Below, in pieces: positions 52,404 through 62,852 of a stretch of DNA of 64,000 nt (positions are counted from its first letter, which is position 1; each line of letters begins with the position of its first letter). The notes beneath the pieces were generated by a model that saw only the letters and a program-made list of their open reading frames with translations, did no database searches and was not told the origin of the DNA. Origin of the DNA: Paludibacteraceae bacterium (GTDB taxonomy: Bacteria > Bacteroidota > Bacteroidia > Bacteroidales > Paludibacteraceae); NCBI GenBank assembly GCA_017451525.1, contig JAFTOD010000002.1, forward strand, positions 190,964-254,963. The letters run 5' to 3'. A program made the translations under genes and the position numbers.

Positions 52404-53483
52404 CTACACAATGATGCCACCTCCGACAACTAAGCCGTCTTTGTAGAGTACGAGGGATTGTCCAGGAGTGACACCCCAAACAGGAGAGGAAAAGTGGACT
52501 GTTCTAGTTTCGCATTCGCTCAAACAATTATCTGACAGTTGGCAGTTGACTGTGGGAGATTTGTAGCGGATACGGGCTTGTAGAGTAGGGGATTCGGTGA
52601 GCCAATCAAGATCGCGGATTCGGACATCGGAGATAGTGGCGTGCGAAGTGAGTAAGTCATCGCGGTTGCCCAGTGTGACGCGGTTGGTGGCTGCATCGAT
52701 ATGCGTGACAAACTTAGGCGCGCCCAAAGCAATACCCAATCCCTTACGCTGACCAATAGTGTAATGGCAATAGCCTTGGTGGGTGCCGAGTACGTTGCCT
52801 AGGCAGTCAACATATTCGCCCTGTGGTATAGCAACACCCTGTTCGGCAAGGAAAGTACGATAGTCGTTGTTAGGGATAAAGCATATCTCTTGGCTCTCGG
52901 CTTTCTTGCTGAGTTGTTCGAAACCATGATTGTGCGCTATTTGTCGTACCTCTGCCTTGGTGAGTCCACCGAGGGGGAAGATGGTTTTGCGTAGGTTTTC
53001 TTCGGTGAGCATCCAAAGGAAATAGGTTTGATCCTTATGGGTATCCACCGCGTTCCTAAGATAGACATGTCCACGGTGTTGAGCAATCTGCGCATAATGC
53101 CCAGTGGCAATATAGTCGCAGCCATATTGTTCAGCCGCCTGCATGAGCTTGCCCCATTTGATGTGAGAGTTGCACAATACACAAGGATTAGGCGTGCGCC
53201 CGCATGCGTACTCGTGCACGAAGTTATCTATGACATGTTCGCGGAAGGTGTCCCGAAAATCCAAGATATGGTGTTCAAAACCTAATGTGGCAGCCATGCG
53301 TTGGGCTTCCATGATGCTCTCTACCGAACAACAACCTTTCTCCTTAGCCAGACAGGATTCTTTGATAGAGTCGAAAGTGCGGAAGGTGGCACCTACCAAT
53401 TCATATCCCTGCTCCAGAAGCAAGATAGCCGCTACGGTGGAGTCGATTCCCCCTGACATACCAATAAGTACGCGTTTGCTCAT
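52404..53483 (-). CDS. mnmA: tRNA 2-thiouridine(34) synthase MnmA
   Basis: PP-loop GMSGGIDS, NPCVLCN, and a GHYA region. Confidence 0.96.
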   Translation of the reverse strand: MSKRVLIGMSGGIDSTVAAILLLEQGYELVGATFRTFDSIKESCLAKEKGCCSVESIMEAQRMAATLGFEHHILDFRDTFREHVIDNFVHEYACGRTPNPCVLCNSHIKWGKLMQAAEQYGCDYIATGHYAQIAQHRGHVYLRNAVDTHKDQTYFLWMLTEENLRKTIFPLGGLTKAEVRQIAHNHGFEQLSKKAESQEICFIPNNDYRTFLAEQGVAIPQGEYVDCLGNVLGTHQGYCHYTIGQRKGLGIALGAPKFVTHIDAATNRVTLGNRDDLLTSHATISDVRIRDLDWLTESPTLQARIRYKSPTVNCQLSDNCLSECETRTVHFSSPVWGVTPGQSLVLYKDGLVVGGGIIV

Positions 53484-53513
53484 TTGACAATTGATAGTTT
53501 ACAATTTGCGGTG

Positions 53514-53521
53514 CAAAGGTA
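53514..53521 (-). promoter_or_regulatory. -7 box (TACCTTTG on the minus strand) for mnmA
   Basis: Reverse complement of CAAAGGTA, 31 nt upstream of the start. Confidence 0.55.
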
Positions 53522-53595
53522 GGTGTTTTTTTGCAAATGTGCAAGAGTTTGCATAAAAAACACTTATGATGGTTGTGTATTTCATTATTTTTTTG

Positions 53596-53603
53596 TACCT
53601 TTG
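53596..53603 (+). promoter_or_regulatory. -7 box (TACCTTTG) for the large GH13 gene
   Basis: Matches TAnnTTTG, 33 nt upstream of ATG 53637. Confidence 0.6.
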
Positions 53604-53636
53604 CAAGCTGTTAATAATATTCATATTAAAATACTT

Positions 53637-56600
53637 ATGAAAAAAATTACTTTATTATTTTTATCTATGTTTGCGCTCTCTGTTTTTGCGCAAGTGACTA
53701 CCTCGCCTAGTATCATACAGCAAGGATACGATGGCGAGATTACGATTATCTTTAATCCCAATGAGGGTAGTGGTGGTATGGTAGGTGCCACCCAATGCTA
53801 TGCGCATACAGGTATAACCTACGACGGCAAGTCATGGCAAAATGCACCAGTGTGGCGTAGTGGAGAAGAAAAACACAAGATGACCCAAAATGCGGATGGC
53901 AATTGGGAGTTGAAGATAACACCTAATATGTATGCATATTATGGAGTGCCTACAACAACCGAAATAACTCAATTGTGCTTTGTATTCAATGATGGTCCAA
54001 ACGGAGAAAAAGAAGGAAAAACAGCTGAGTTTACTGATATCTTTGTAGATTTAGCAGAGCCTGGATTGGCAGTGGCAATAACCAATACTCTGCCTGAAAT
54101 ATCCAAATTAGGCGATAAATTGTCAATCCATTGCGTGGCGACAGAACATGCTGCTCTGACATTGACCATGAATGGCAAAGAAATAGCTGCTGCAGATGGA
54201 ACAGAATTGCATGCAGAATACACATTGGATGAGGTAGGCGATTTCCTCTTCGAGTTTACTGCCACCAAGGGGAGTGAGGTAAAGCAAATATCAGCACAAA
54301 CATGCGTAGTGGCAGCACCAGAACAAGCTCCACGCCCAGAAGGAATAGATATGGGTATTTATTACAATGATGAAGACCCTACTAAAGTAACATTGGCTAC
54401 TTTTGCTGCGAGCAAAATGGTCAATGAAGAAGCAAAACAAATTACCCTGAAAGCAAAATTGCCAGCGCATTGGACCGAAACCATTACAGCCTATGTGTGG
54501 GTAGAAGGCGGTGATAGCAAGGTGGTCATTCCAGAGCAAGACGGTGAGTGGTATATCGTGAGCGATTCTTGTACGCAACTCAATGTCATCTTCCGCAATG
54601 GCACCGACTGGAATGGCAATAAAAACCAAACCGTAGATATTGTGCTAACAAGCGATGCAGTACTCGAATTTACACAGTCGGGCGATGCGAAAGCAGAATA
54701 CACTGTGATAGAAATGCAGCCTACGGTATATGCATCTGCACAACATGTATTTGTAGTGGGTGATTTCAACGATTGGAAACTATCGAATGAATACCAAATG
54801 AAGCAAGATGGCAACTATTTCTGGATTGAAATAAGTGGCTTGATTCCGCAAAAAGAATATGCGCTGCAATATGCAGTCGTTCGCGCAGATGGTGTGGTAA
54901 AGAAGATTTCTGATCTATATTCAGAGAAAGTGTTGCACAAAGATGATCAATGGGAGCCAAAGAAAGTGGATCCTACATTGATGGATTATCCTGCTGAGGG
55001 TGATGGGTATGTGACTGTGATTCAAACTGATAAACCAAAATATCAATGGTCGGATGCTACATTGAACTTCAAACGTCCAGATAAAAATAACCTTGTTATC
55101 TATGAAGCGTGGGTGTATGACCATACCGTCACACGTGATATCAAAGGTATGACGGATCGTATGTTCTACTATAAAGATATGGGTGTAAACGCCATAGAGT
55201 TGATGCCAGTTTGTGAGTTTGATGGCAACCTCAACTGGGGATATTCGCCTAACCACTACTTTGCATTGGATAAAGCATACGGCACACCTGAACAATTCAA
55301 GGAATTTGTCGATTCATGCCACGCAGCAGGAATAGCAGTCATCTTGGATATGGTATTCAATCACGCTACGGGTCTCAACCCAATGAATAAACTCTATCCT
55401 TATGGTGATGATTTGAAGTATAACCCTTGGTTCAATGTAACAGCCCCTCACGGCGACAATGTGTATGAGGATTGGAATCATGACTTTGAGCCTGCTCATC
55501 AGATGTTTATTCGTGTGTTGCAATATTGGTTGACCGAATACAAGGTGGATGGTTTCCGTCTAGACTTGAGTCATGGTCTTTGCGGTGCGATGGGAGGAAC
55601 ATCGGTTCGCAACATCAAAGATTATTACGAGAAAGGTGTCAAGGCAGTATCTCCTGATGCTTATATGATTTTGGAACACTGGGGCGATAACTGTGACAAC
55701 GATCGCAAAGAGCTCATCAAAGAGGGCATGCTATGCTGGGATAATACAGTGGAAGCATATTATGCCTCTGCCAAAGGCTCAACAGGCTCCTCTTTCTCCA
55801 ATGCTAACCGTGATGGATATGTTAGTTATTGCGAAAGCCACGATGAGGAACGTTCGTTCTTCCATGCAAAACAGTTCGGTATGGGCGACCTAAAGACCAA
55901 CGATCAAGCTCGTATAGCACGTGTACCTCTAAATATGGCATTCCTTACTTTGTTGAACGGGCCACAAATGTTCTATCATTTTGCAGAATTTGGATTCGAT
56001 TATTCGAAATGGCAAAATGCTGATGGCAAATGGGGTAAAGATGACGGCGGAAAAGCTCCTTATGGTATGAAAAATGTATCGAACGAGAATTATAAAATGC
56101 AAGTGAAAGCCCGCACCGAAACATGGTTAGGCGAGGGTGCTTGGCGCACAGATGCATTCCATAAAGTGGGACAAGCGATTCAGTTGCGTACACGTATCTT
56201 GCCAGAAGTATTCGCTGGTAACCCAACGAAGGTAGATATAGGTAGCGGAAAAATCGTTCGTACCATTCAGTGGGGAGATCATGTGTTTGTGGCGGGTAAC
56301 TTCAGCGCAACAGATGCGAAGGAAGTTACTATCCCAGCTGGCAAGTGGTATAACTACTATGAGCAAATCGAACAAACAGAGACAACCGTAACGCTTGCTC
56401 CAGGTACTTTGATGATTCTAACTGGTATGCCACATGAATTGCCAAAGATGCGTCCATATTACGCATTTGATACCGATGTGGAGAATATTTTTGTACCAGA
56501 ATCTACATTGGATATGTTGCCTCCTTACAATGTGACGATTTACACAGTAAGTGGTCAGGCTGTATCTGTACAACGTAATGCAGAGTATGTAAATATGAAT

Positions 56601-56675
56601 GGATTGAACAATGGCTTGTATTTGATTCAATTCGAGAAAAATGGTCAACGCGTAACTAAGAAAGTGATTCGTTGA
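53637..56675 (+). CDS. Large secreted GH13 enzyme (pullulanase/amylopullulanase-like) with N-terminal carbohydrate-binding-type domains and a T9SS C-terminal sorting domain
   Basis: Signal peptide MKKITLLFLSMFALSVFA. GH13 regions are LDMVFNH, GFRLDLSH, ILEHWG and CESHDE. The C-terminus NGLYLIQFEKNGQRVTKKVIR is T9SS-tail-like. ATG 53637 lies downstream of the -7 box. Confidence 0.88.
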   Translation: MKKITLLFLSMFALSVFAQVTTSPSIIQQGYDGEITIIFNPNEGSGGMVGATQCYAHTGITYDGKSWQNAPVWRSGEEKHKMTQNADGNWELKITPNMYAYYGVPTTTEITQLCFVFNDGPNGEKEGKTAEFTDIFVDLAEPGLAVAITNTLPEISKLGDKLSIHCVATEHAALTLTMNGKEIAAADGTELHAEYTLDEVGDFLFEFTATKGSEVKQISAQTCVVAAPEQAPRPEGIDMGIYYNDEDPTKVTLATFAASKMVNEEAKQITLKAKLPAHWTETITAYVWVEGGDSKVVIPEQDGEWYIVSDSCTQLNVIFRNGTDWNGNKNQTVDIVLTSDAVLEFTQSGDAKAEYTVIEMQPTVYASAQHVFVVGDFNDWKLSNEYQMKQDGNYFWIEISGLIPQKEYALQYAVVRADGVVKKISDLYSEKVLHKDDQWEPKKVDPTLMDYPAEGDGYVTVIQTDKPKYQWSDATLNFKRPDKNNLVIYEAWVYDHTVTRDIKGMTDRMFYYKDMGVNAIELMPVCEFDGNLNWGYSPNHYFALDKAYGTPEQFKEFVDSCHAAGIAVILDMVFNHATGLNPMNKLYPYGDDLKYNPWFNVTAPHGDNVYEDWNHDFEPAHQMFIRVLQYWLTEYKVDGFRLDLSHGLCGAMGGTSVRNIKDYYEKGVKAVSPDAYMILEHWGDNCDNDRKELIKEGMLCWDNTVEAYYASAKGSTGSSFSNANRDGYVSYCESHDEERSFFHAKQFGMGDLKTNDQARIARVPLNMAFLTLLNGPQMFYHFAEFGFDYSKWQNADGKWGKDDGGKAPYGMKNVSNENYKMQVKARTETWLGEGAWRTDAFHKVGQAIQLRTRILPEVFAGNPTKVDIGSGKIVRTIQWGDHVFVAGNFSATDAKEVTIPAGKWYNYYEQIEQTETTVTLAPGTLMILTGMPHELPKMRPYYAFDTDVENIFVPESTLDMLPPYNVTIYTVSGQAVSVQRNAEYVNMNGLNNGLYLIQFEKNGQRVTKKVIR

Positions 56676-56690
56676 ACTTAAAAATCAGCG

Positions 56691-56731
56691 AAAAAAGAGT
56701 GTGCCGATTTCGACACACTCTTTTTTTTTTT
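56691..56731. terminator. Bidirectional intrinsic terminator shared by the GH13 gene (+) and gcvT (-)
   Basis: A6, then AGAGTGTGCCGATTTCGACACACTCT, then T10. Confidence 0.8.
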
Positions 56732-56761
56732 GTTACATATAAAGGATTGTGTGTCAGTAGA

Positions 56762-57829
56762 TTACACAACCTTTGCAGGGATGAGTTTCTCGCGAATCTT
56801 CACGTAGATAATATGCTCTTTCTTAGCAAACGCTGTTTGCACATAGCCCATTCCAATACCCACTTTGGTAGTAGGGAGCATGATTCCGCTGGTCACATTA
56901 CCAATCACGTTGCCCTCTGCATCGCAAAGCTCATAGCCACAACGTGGGATAGCACGCTCTTGGCACTCGAAGTGCACCAATTTGCGCTTCACGCCTTCGG
57001 CTTTCTGCTTTAGCAAATATTCTTTATCAATAAAGTCTTTTGCATCGAACTTGGTGATCCAACCCAATCCTGCCTCCAATGGCGAGGTGGTGTCATCAAT
57101 ATCATGACCATAGAGGCAGTACCATTTCTCCAGACGCAAACTATCGCGTGCGCCCAAGCCGATAGGTGCCAAACCAAAGTCTTTGCCCACTTCGAAGAGC
57201 GCATCCCAGATTTGTTTGCTATGCTCTTTTGGGAAATACAATTCAAATCCGCCTGCACCCGTATAGCCTGTATTACTGAGGATTACGCCTTGTACGCCTG
57301 CGAATGACCATTCACGGAAAGCGTAATATGGAATCGCACTCAAATCGGCATCTGTAAGCAGTTGTAACATCTCTGTGGCTTTAGGTCCTTGCACTGCCAA
57401 CTGCCCATAGCGGTCGCTGGCGTTCTCCAGTTGCACACCAAACGTGTTGTGCTCATTCACCCAGGCCCAGTCCTTGTCAATATTGCCAGCATTCACTACG
57501 AGCAGGTATTTGGTGGTGGAGTATTTGTAGATAATCAAATCGTCCACAATACCGCCTTTGCCGTTAGGGAAACAGGTGTATTGTGCTTTGCCTGCTTCGA
57601 GTTTGCTCACATCATTGGTGGTGATATATTGCAGGAAGTCCAATGCTTTTTCGCCTTTCACCCAAAACTCGCCCATGTGGCTCACATCGAACACGCCCAC
57701 GCCTTGGCGCACGATCATGTGTTCTTGATTGATCCCCGTAGGGTATTGAATAGGCATGTTAAAGCCCGCAAAATCTGCCATCTTCGCTCCCAGAGCGATA
57801 TGGATGTCTGTAAATGGAGTAGTTTTCAT
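56762..57829 (-). CDS. gcvT: Glycine cleavage system aminomethyltransferase T
   Basis: [10 protein letters not shown]...[10 protein letters not shown]...[11 protein letters not shown]. Confidence 0.95.
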   Translation of the reverse strand: MKTTPFTDIHIALGAKMADFAGFNMPIQYPTGINQEHMIVRQGVGVFDVSHMGEFWVKGEKALDFLQYITTNDVSKLEAGKAQYTCFPNGKGGIVDDLIIYKYSTTKYLLVVNAGNIDKDWAWVNEHNTFGVQLENASDRYGQLAVQGPKATEMLQLLTDADLSAIPYYAFREWSFAGVQGVILSNTGYTGAGGFELYFPKEHSKQIWDALFEVGKDFGLAPIGLGARDSLRLEKWYCLYGHDIDDTTSPLEAGLGWITKFDAKDFIDKEYLLKQKAEGVKRKLVHFECQERAIPRCGYELCDAEGNVIGNVTSGIMLPTTKVGIGMGYVQTAFAKKEHIIYVKIREKLIPAKVV

Positions 57830-57872
57830 ATATTCTCGCCTTTAAACTTTAATCCTTAAACTATCTTACAAA

Positions 57873-59084
57873 TCACGCTTTTTGTACAATTTGCAAGATC
57901 ACCTGCATCGCCTTTTCCATGGATGGAATAGGCAAATACTCAAATCGGCTGTGGAAGTTCACACCGCCTGCGAAGATGTTAGGGCAGGGCAGTCCCTCAA
58001 ACGATAGGCGTGCGCCGTCTGTTCCACCACGGATAGGTTGCACCTTTGGTGTCACGCCTACCTCTTTCATCGCTTCTTCCACAAGTGTCACGATATGCAT
58101 CACAGGTTCCACTTTCTCGCGCATATTGTAGTATTGGTCGCGGAGCTCAACCTCCACGGTACCTTCGCCATACTCTTGGTTAATCTTGCGTGCCAAGTGC
58201 TCGATCTCGCGTTTGCGGCTCTCGAAGCGTGCGCGGTCGTGGTCGCGGATGATATATTGCAAGGTGGTCTCCTCTACGCTACCGTTCATAGCGATGAGGT
58301 GATAGAAGCCCTCATAACCTTGTGTATGCTCTGGTGTCTCCCAACGAGGCAACATAGTGGCAAACTGATTAGCAATACGCATAGAGTTGATCATCTTATG
58401 GTAGCCATAACCAGGGTGCACGTTCACGCCATGCACTTTCACCTTGCAGCCAGCTGCGTTGAAGTTCTCGTATTCCAATTCGCCCACTGCGCCGCCGTCC
58501 ATGGTGTAGGCGAAGTCGCAACCGAACTTCTCCACATCAAAGTGGTCTGCACCTTGACCAATCTCCTCGTCTGGAGTGAAACCCACGCGAATCTTACCGT
58601 GCTTTATTTCAGGGTGTTGAATCAAGTACTCGCAAGCGGTAACAATCTCTGCCAAGCCCGCTTTGTCGTCTGCGCCGAGCAGGGTAGTACCGTCGGTGAC
58701 AATGATGTCTTGCCCTTTGTAATCCAGTATCTCAGGGTACTTGGCCACTTCGAAGACAATGTTTTTCTCTGCATTGAGTACGATGTCTTGACCATCGTAG
58801 TGGGTGACGATGCGTGCTTTCACATTTTTACCACTCGCATCAGGTGCAGTGTCCATGTGAGCGATAAAACCGATGACGGGTTTGCCTTCCACATTGGCGG
58901 GTAGGGTAGCCATCACATAGCCATTCTCGTCGAGAGTCACCTCTTGCATACCAATCTCTTTGAGTTCATTGGCGAGGTACTTTGCAAATTCCATCTGCCC
59001 TGGAGTAGAGGGCGTCATGTTGGTTTCTTCATCCGATGTGGTGCAGAAACTCACATACTTCAAAAATCTGTCGGTTAGTGTCAT
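57873..59084 (-). CDS. pepT: Peptidase T (tripeptide aminopeptidase, M20B)
   Basis: [18 protein letters not shown] and GADDKAG motifs. Confidence 0.94.
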   Translation of the reverse strand: MTLTDRFLKYVSFCTTSDEETNMTPSTPGQMEFAKYLANELKEIGMQEVTLDENGYVMATLPANVEGKPVIGFIAHMDTAPDASGKNVKARIVTHYDGQDIVLNAEKNIVFEVAKYPEILDYKGQDIIVTDGTTLLGADDKAGLAEIVTACEYLIQHPEIKHGKIRVGFTPDEEIGQGADHFDVEKFGCDFAYTMDGGAVGELEYENFNAAGCKVKVHGVNVHPGYGYHKMINSMRIANQFATMLPRWETPEHTQGYEGFYHLIAMNGSVEETTLQYIIRDHDRARFESRKREIEHLARKINQEYGEGTVEVELRDQYYNMREKVEPVMHIVTLVEEAMKEVGVTPKVQPIRGGTDGARLSFEGLPCPNIFAGGVNFHSRFEYLPIPSMEKAMQVILQIVQKA

Positions 59085-59998
59085 AGTACTATATTCAATT
59101 TATCAATTTCATTGTTTTGCCATGCGAGGATATTATCGCACACATTCTCACACATGGCGATGCGTCCCTCCCATGTACCTGTTCCCGTGTGGGGTGAGAG
59201 TACTACATTATCCATCTCAAGCAGTTCTGGAGTAATCTGTGGCTCATGTTCATACACATCCATCGCTGCGCCTGCTATCTCACCCTCTTTCAGTGCCTTT
59301 ACCAATGCTTGCTCATCCACATGTGCACCACGCGCGGTGTTGATAAGGTAGGCGGTCGGTTTCATCATACGCAATGCTTTGCCGTCAATGATATGCTTTA
59401 CCTCAGGCGTATAGGGTAAATTCAAACTCACAAAATCCGCTATCTGGAGCAACTCTTCTTTGCTTACATATCTTGCCTCGTAACCTAATCGCCTAATCGC
59501 CTCATCGCCTAATGGACGACGATTGTGGTACACAACGCGCATGCCGCTTGCAACCGCTCTTCTCGCCAATGCTTGTCCTATGCGCCCCATGCCTATGATA
59601 CCCAAAGTCTTGCCATAGAGCGAGTGGCTGAGGTTATTCATCACGCCAAATGGCTCTGCTTTGCCTTCTCTAAGTTTGCGGTCGAACTCCGCTGTACGTC
59701 TTGCCACATCGTGCATGAGTGCAAAAGCTAACTCTGCTGTGGGCTCAATCACAGGATTGGGGGTATTGGTCACACGAATACCGCGCTCCCTACAGGCTTC
59801 GAGGTCAATATTATTGAACCCCACACCAAAATTCGCCACCAACTGCAATTTGGGAGCTGACATAATCATCTCCCTAGTCACTGGCTTGTCAAAGGTACTA
59901 ACCAGCACATCTGCTTGCTCCAAAGGAGTATATAATTCGTGCGAAGCGATTCTTCTGAATCCCTCTTCGGGCAATAATGTGGTAAATGCGATGTGCAT
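59081..59998 (-). CDS. D-isomer-specific 2-hydroxyacid dehydrogenase (glyoxylate/hydroxypyruvate reductase-like)
   Basis: [16 protein letters not shown]-binding motif, NTARG, and a distal His region. Start is set at ATG 59998, 23 nt downstream of a -7 box. The 4-nt ATGA overlap with pepT indicates an operon. Confidence 0.85.
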   Translation of the reverse strand: MHIAFTTLLPEEGFRRIASHELYTPLEQADVLVSTFDKPVTREMIMSAPKLQLVANFGVGFNNIDLEACRERGIRVTNTPNPVIEPTAELAFALMHDVARRTAEFDRKLREGKAEPFGVMNNLSHSLYGKTLGIIGMGRIGQALARRAVASGMRVVYHNRRPLGDEAIRRLGYEARYVSKEELLQIADFVSLNLPYTPEVKHIIDGKALRMMKPTAYLINTARGAHVDEQALVKALKEGEIAGAAMDVYEHEPQITPELLEMDNVVLSPHTGTGTWEGRIAMCENVCDNILAWQNNEIDKLNIVL

Positions 59999-60020
59999 AA
60001 GTTGTTGTGCGTTTAGCGCA

Positions 60021-60028
60021 CAAAGGTA
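60021..60028 (-). promoter_or_regulatory. -7 box (TACCTTTG on the minus strand) for the dehydrogenase-pepT operon
   Basis: Reverse complement of CAAAGGTA, 23 nt upstream of ATG 59998. Confidence 0.5.
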
Positions 60029-60155
60029 ATGAAAAAAAAGCATATGGACAAATGTTGAGCGTAGATTTATCGCAGTAAAGTCGATTGGTTGGTAGGTTTA
60101 GTGATGATTTGTTTAAGATTTTCTACTTATGCTTGCATATATGAAAAAAAAGTAG

Positions 60156-60163
60156 TATCTTTG
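60156..60163 (+). promoter_or_regulatory. -7 box (TATCTTTG) for the polysaccharide export locus
   Basis: Matches TAnnTTTG, 43 nt upstream of the ATG. Confidence 0.55.
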
Positions 60164-60206
60164 CAGGCTAATTTATAATTTGGAAACTACAACTGAATAG
60201 TATAGA

Positions 60207-61184
60207 ATGAAAAATTTTGCATTGATAGGTGCCGCAGGGTACATTGCTCCACGCCATATCAAGGCGATAGCAGATACAGGTAATAATCTGCTGGTGGCTT
60301 ATGATAAGTTTGACTCGGTGGGTCGCTTGGATTCGAGTTTCCCCGAGTGTAGCTTTTTTACTGAGAATGAGCAGTTTGACCGTTTTTGTTCGAAGCAGAT
60401 GCGTACGGATAATCCATTGTCTTGGGTTAGTATTTGTACGCCTAACTATACGCATGATGCGTTTATTCGTTATGGTTTGCGATTGGGTTGCAACGTGATA
60501 TGTGAGAAGCCATTGGTGTTGAATCCGTACAATATCGATAACTTGGTTGAATTGGAGCAAGAGACTGGTTGCGAGGCATATACGATTCTGCAATTGCGTT
60601 TGCATGATAAGATTGCGGCATTGCGTGAGAAGGTCAAAAACGGTCCCAAGGACAAGGTCTATGATGTGGATTTGACATATATCACAAGCCGCGGAAAGTG
60701 GTATTATAGTTCTTGGAAGGGCGATATACACAAAGCAGGTGGTATAGCAACAAATATCGGTGTGCATTTTTACGATATGTTGCAGTGGATATTTGGTGCG
60801 GTGAAGAAGAATGTGGTGCATGTGATGTCTTTTGACCGCGTGGCTGGATATCTGGAGTTGGAGCATGCACGTGTGCGCTACTTCCTGAGTATCAATGCGG
60901 AATGTTTGCCTGCAAATGCAGTTCAAGGCGAGAAAAAGACTTATCGTACATTGTCAATTGATGGTGAGGAGTTTGAGTTTAGTGCGGGCTTTACAGAGTT
61001 GCATACCGAAAGTTATAAGCATATTTTGTCAGGCAATGGATTTCGTATTTCAGAAGCACGTCCATCAATAGAGATTGTGAGTGATATTCGCCATGCTACA
61101 CCAATTGGTTTGGTAGGTGATTACCATCCTTTGGCTAAGTTGCCGCTGGCAACTCACCCATTTGGTTGGGATGAGAAGAGGTAA
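60207..61184 (+). CDS. Gfo/Idh/MocA-family oxidoreductase (WbpB-like UDP-sugar dehydrogenase)
   Basis: MKNFALIGAAGYIAPRH N-terminal Rossmann motif and EKP. It lies next to polysaccharide export genes. Confidence 0.75.
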   Translation: MKNFALIGAAGYIAPRHIKAIADTGNNLLVAYDKFDSVGRLDSSFPECSFFTENEQFDRFCSKQMRTDNPLSWVSICTPNYTHDAFIRYGLRLGCNVICEKPLVLNPYNIDNLVELEQETGCEAYTILQLRLHDKIAALREKVKNGPKDKVYDVDLTYITSRGKWYYSSWKGDIHKAGGIATNIGVHFYDMLQWIFGAVKKNVVHVMSFDRVAGYLELEHARVRYFLSINAECLPANAVQGEKKTYRTLSIDGEEFEFSAGFTELHTESYKHILSGNGFRISEARPSIEIVSDIRHATPIGLVGDYHPLAKLPLATHPFGWDEKR

Positions 61185-61213
61185 TTATGAATTAAGAATT
61201 TTGAATTAAAAAG
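61183..61213. repeat. AATTC-word repeat (inverted copy of 21408-21427)
   Basis: AATTATGAATTAAGAATTTTGAATTAAAAAG overlaps the stop of the WbpB-like gene. Confidence 0.8.
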
Positions 61214-61217
61214 TAAG

Positions 61218-62060
61218 ATGAGGTTGCGAGCCTATTTGGTACTTATGTTGAGTTTGCTGATGGCGTCCTGCGTGACGAGCAAGAAGGTGAACTTGATGCA
61301 AGAAGCAGGTAAAAATGGTATACCAGAGTATACGGATACGTTGTCGTATGAAGACTATGAGATGCGTATTGGTGATCGATTGTATGTGTATGTGTATTCG
61401 GTGGATGAACGTATTAGTAATATGTTTAATCCTTCTCGCTCTAACAGCACTATTCGTCAGCAGATACGCAATGGATTTAACACCAATGGGTCGTATGATT
61501 TATATACGTATTTGGTGTTAGAGGATGGTTCGATAGATTTTCCTACTTTGGGGCACATTCCAGTTCGTGGAAAGACATCACGTGAAGTAAAATTGCTGAT
61601 TGAAAAGGAATTGTCTGCTTATGTGAAGGGGTATGGCGACTATCAAATGATTTCAGTGGAAGTAAATATCGTTCGCCGAACATTTAGTGTCATCAGTGAT
61701 AGGGGGAGTGGCGTAATGTCAATGCCTAAAGAAAAAGTGACAGTGTTTGAAGCATTAGCGATGGCTGGTGATATAGGCGACTTTGGTGATCGTAGCAAAG
61801 TGCGTATCGTTCGCGAGATAGAGGGACAAACTAAAGTGATGACGTTTGACCTGCGTTCGGAGGATATTATCAATTCCGAATACTATTATATAGAGCCTAA
61901 CGATGTGATTTATATCCAGAAGATTAAGGGACAGAGTTTTGGTATCAATTCAGCGGCTACCACAGTCAGCGTAGTGGCTACTACCTTAGCATTTGGCGGT
62001 TTTGTATATGCTCTGGTAGCTCGAATCATGAATGCGGTAGAGAAAGGAGGCGAGCAATGA
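61218..62060 (+). CDS. Polysaccharide export protein (Wza-like, Poly_export plus SLBB), paralog 1
   Basis: Lipobox LLMASC, Y.I..GD.L...V motif (YEMRIGDRLYVYV), and a C-terminal TM. Confidence 0.8.
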   Translation: MRLRAYLVLMLSLLMASCVTSKKVNLMQEAGKNGIPEYTDTLSYEDYEMRIGDRLYVYVYSVDERISNMFNPSRSNSTIRQQIRNGFNTNGSYDLYTYLVLEDGSIDFPTLGHIPVRGKTSREVKLLIEKELSAYVKGYGDYQMISVEVNIVRRTFSVISDRGSGVMSMPKEKVTVFEALAMAGDIGDFGDRSKVRIVREIEGQTKVMTFDLRSEDIINSEYYYIEPNDVIYIQKIKGQSFGINSAATTVSVVATTLAFGGFVYALVARIMNAVEKGGEQ

Positions 62061-62815
62061 TATTGATGATGAAACATATAGGTGTAGCATTCGTTCTGGG
62101 AATGCTATTGACCAGTTGCTATGGTTATCGCCAAGTGGGTTTGCTGCAAGAGCGTGACAACCTCCCTCAGTATGATTCTGTGGCATATACGCCTTATCGT
62201 TTGCAGGTGAATGATGAGATTATTTATCGTGTGATAACGATGGATGAGACATTGGCAAAGACTTTGTCGAGCAATGAAAATACAAACTCTCAATATGCCA
62301 ATTCATACCGTATTTATTCAGATGGTACAGTGGATATTCCATTTTTGGCTCCAGTGAAATTGGTGGGCTTGACCGAGTTGGAAGCTCAAGATACGTTGCG
62401 CAAAGCTTTTCGTGAGATTATTCCAGATGCTGATGTCAAGTTAGCTATGTATAATAAGCGTTTCACGGTGATGGGTGATGCGCGTTCGGGCGTATATAAT
62501 ATATATAAGGAGCGTATGACCATCTTCCAGGCATTGGCCATGTCGGGTGATTTGATGAATTCTGGTGACCGCCGTCATGTGCGTATCATTCGTCCTCGTG
62601 GTAATGGTGAGCCAGAGGTGTTGGAGTTTGATATTCGTCCGAATTCGATTATCAATTCGGAGTATTATTATGTCTATCCAAATGATTTGATATATGTTAG
62701 CCGCGACAGCGGAAGTTTCTATAAACAAAGCAGTTATAGTTCGTTCTTAGCATTGATAACGAGTTCAGTGTCATTGCTGATAACGGTGTTGAACTATATT
62801 CCTGGTTTGTGGTAA
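62057..62815 (+). CDS. Polysaccharide export protein (Wza-like), paralog 2
   Basis: Lipobox LLTSC and YRLQVNDEIIYRV. It is collinear with paralog 1 (..INSEYYYxxPNDxIYx.. is shared). There is a 4-nt ATGA overlap, and the alternative start 62066 is possible. Confidence 0.8.
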   Translation: MILMMKHIGVAFVLGMLLTSCYGYRQVGLLQERDNLPQYDSVAYTPYRLQVNDEIIYRVITMDETLAKTLSSNENTNSQYANSYRIYSDGTVDIPFLAPVKLVGLTELEAQDTLRKAFREIIPDADVKLAMYNKRFTVMGDARSGVYNIYKERMTIFQALAMSGDLMNSGDRRHVRIIRPRGNGEPEVLEFDIRPNSIINSEYYYVYPNDLIYVSRDSGSFYKQSSYSSFLALITSSVSLLITVLNYIPGLW

Positions 62816-62852
62816 AAATAATAGTTGAAAATATTACGAAAAAGATACAGAT

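Noticed and set aside
58038-58904. 288-aa plus-strand ORF antisense to pepT
   Set aside because: It is a shadow ORF (H/V/L/A-rich), and pepT on the minus strand is unambiguous.
59485-59515. 8-mer word repeat (CTAATCGC CTAATCGC CTCATCGC CTAATGG) inside the 2-hydroxyacid dehydrogenase gene
   Set aside because: The encoded segment (..[13 protein letters not shown]..) occupies a normal-length region of this enzyme family. I therefore cannot argue for an insertion, and it may be a chance or slippage-derived codon repeat.
60168-60926. 252-aa minus-strand ORF antisense to the Gfo/Idh/MocA oxidoreductase gene
   Set aside because: It is a shadow ORF (H/I/Q/T-rich). The + strand has a Rossmann N-terminus and a promoter in the correct place.
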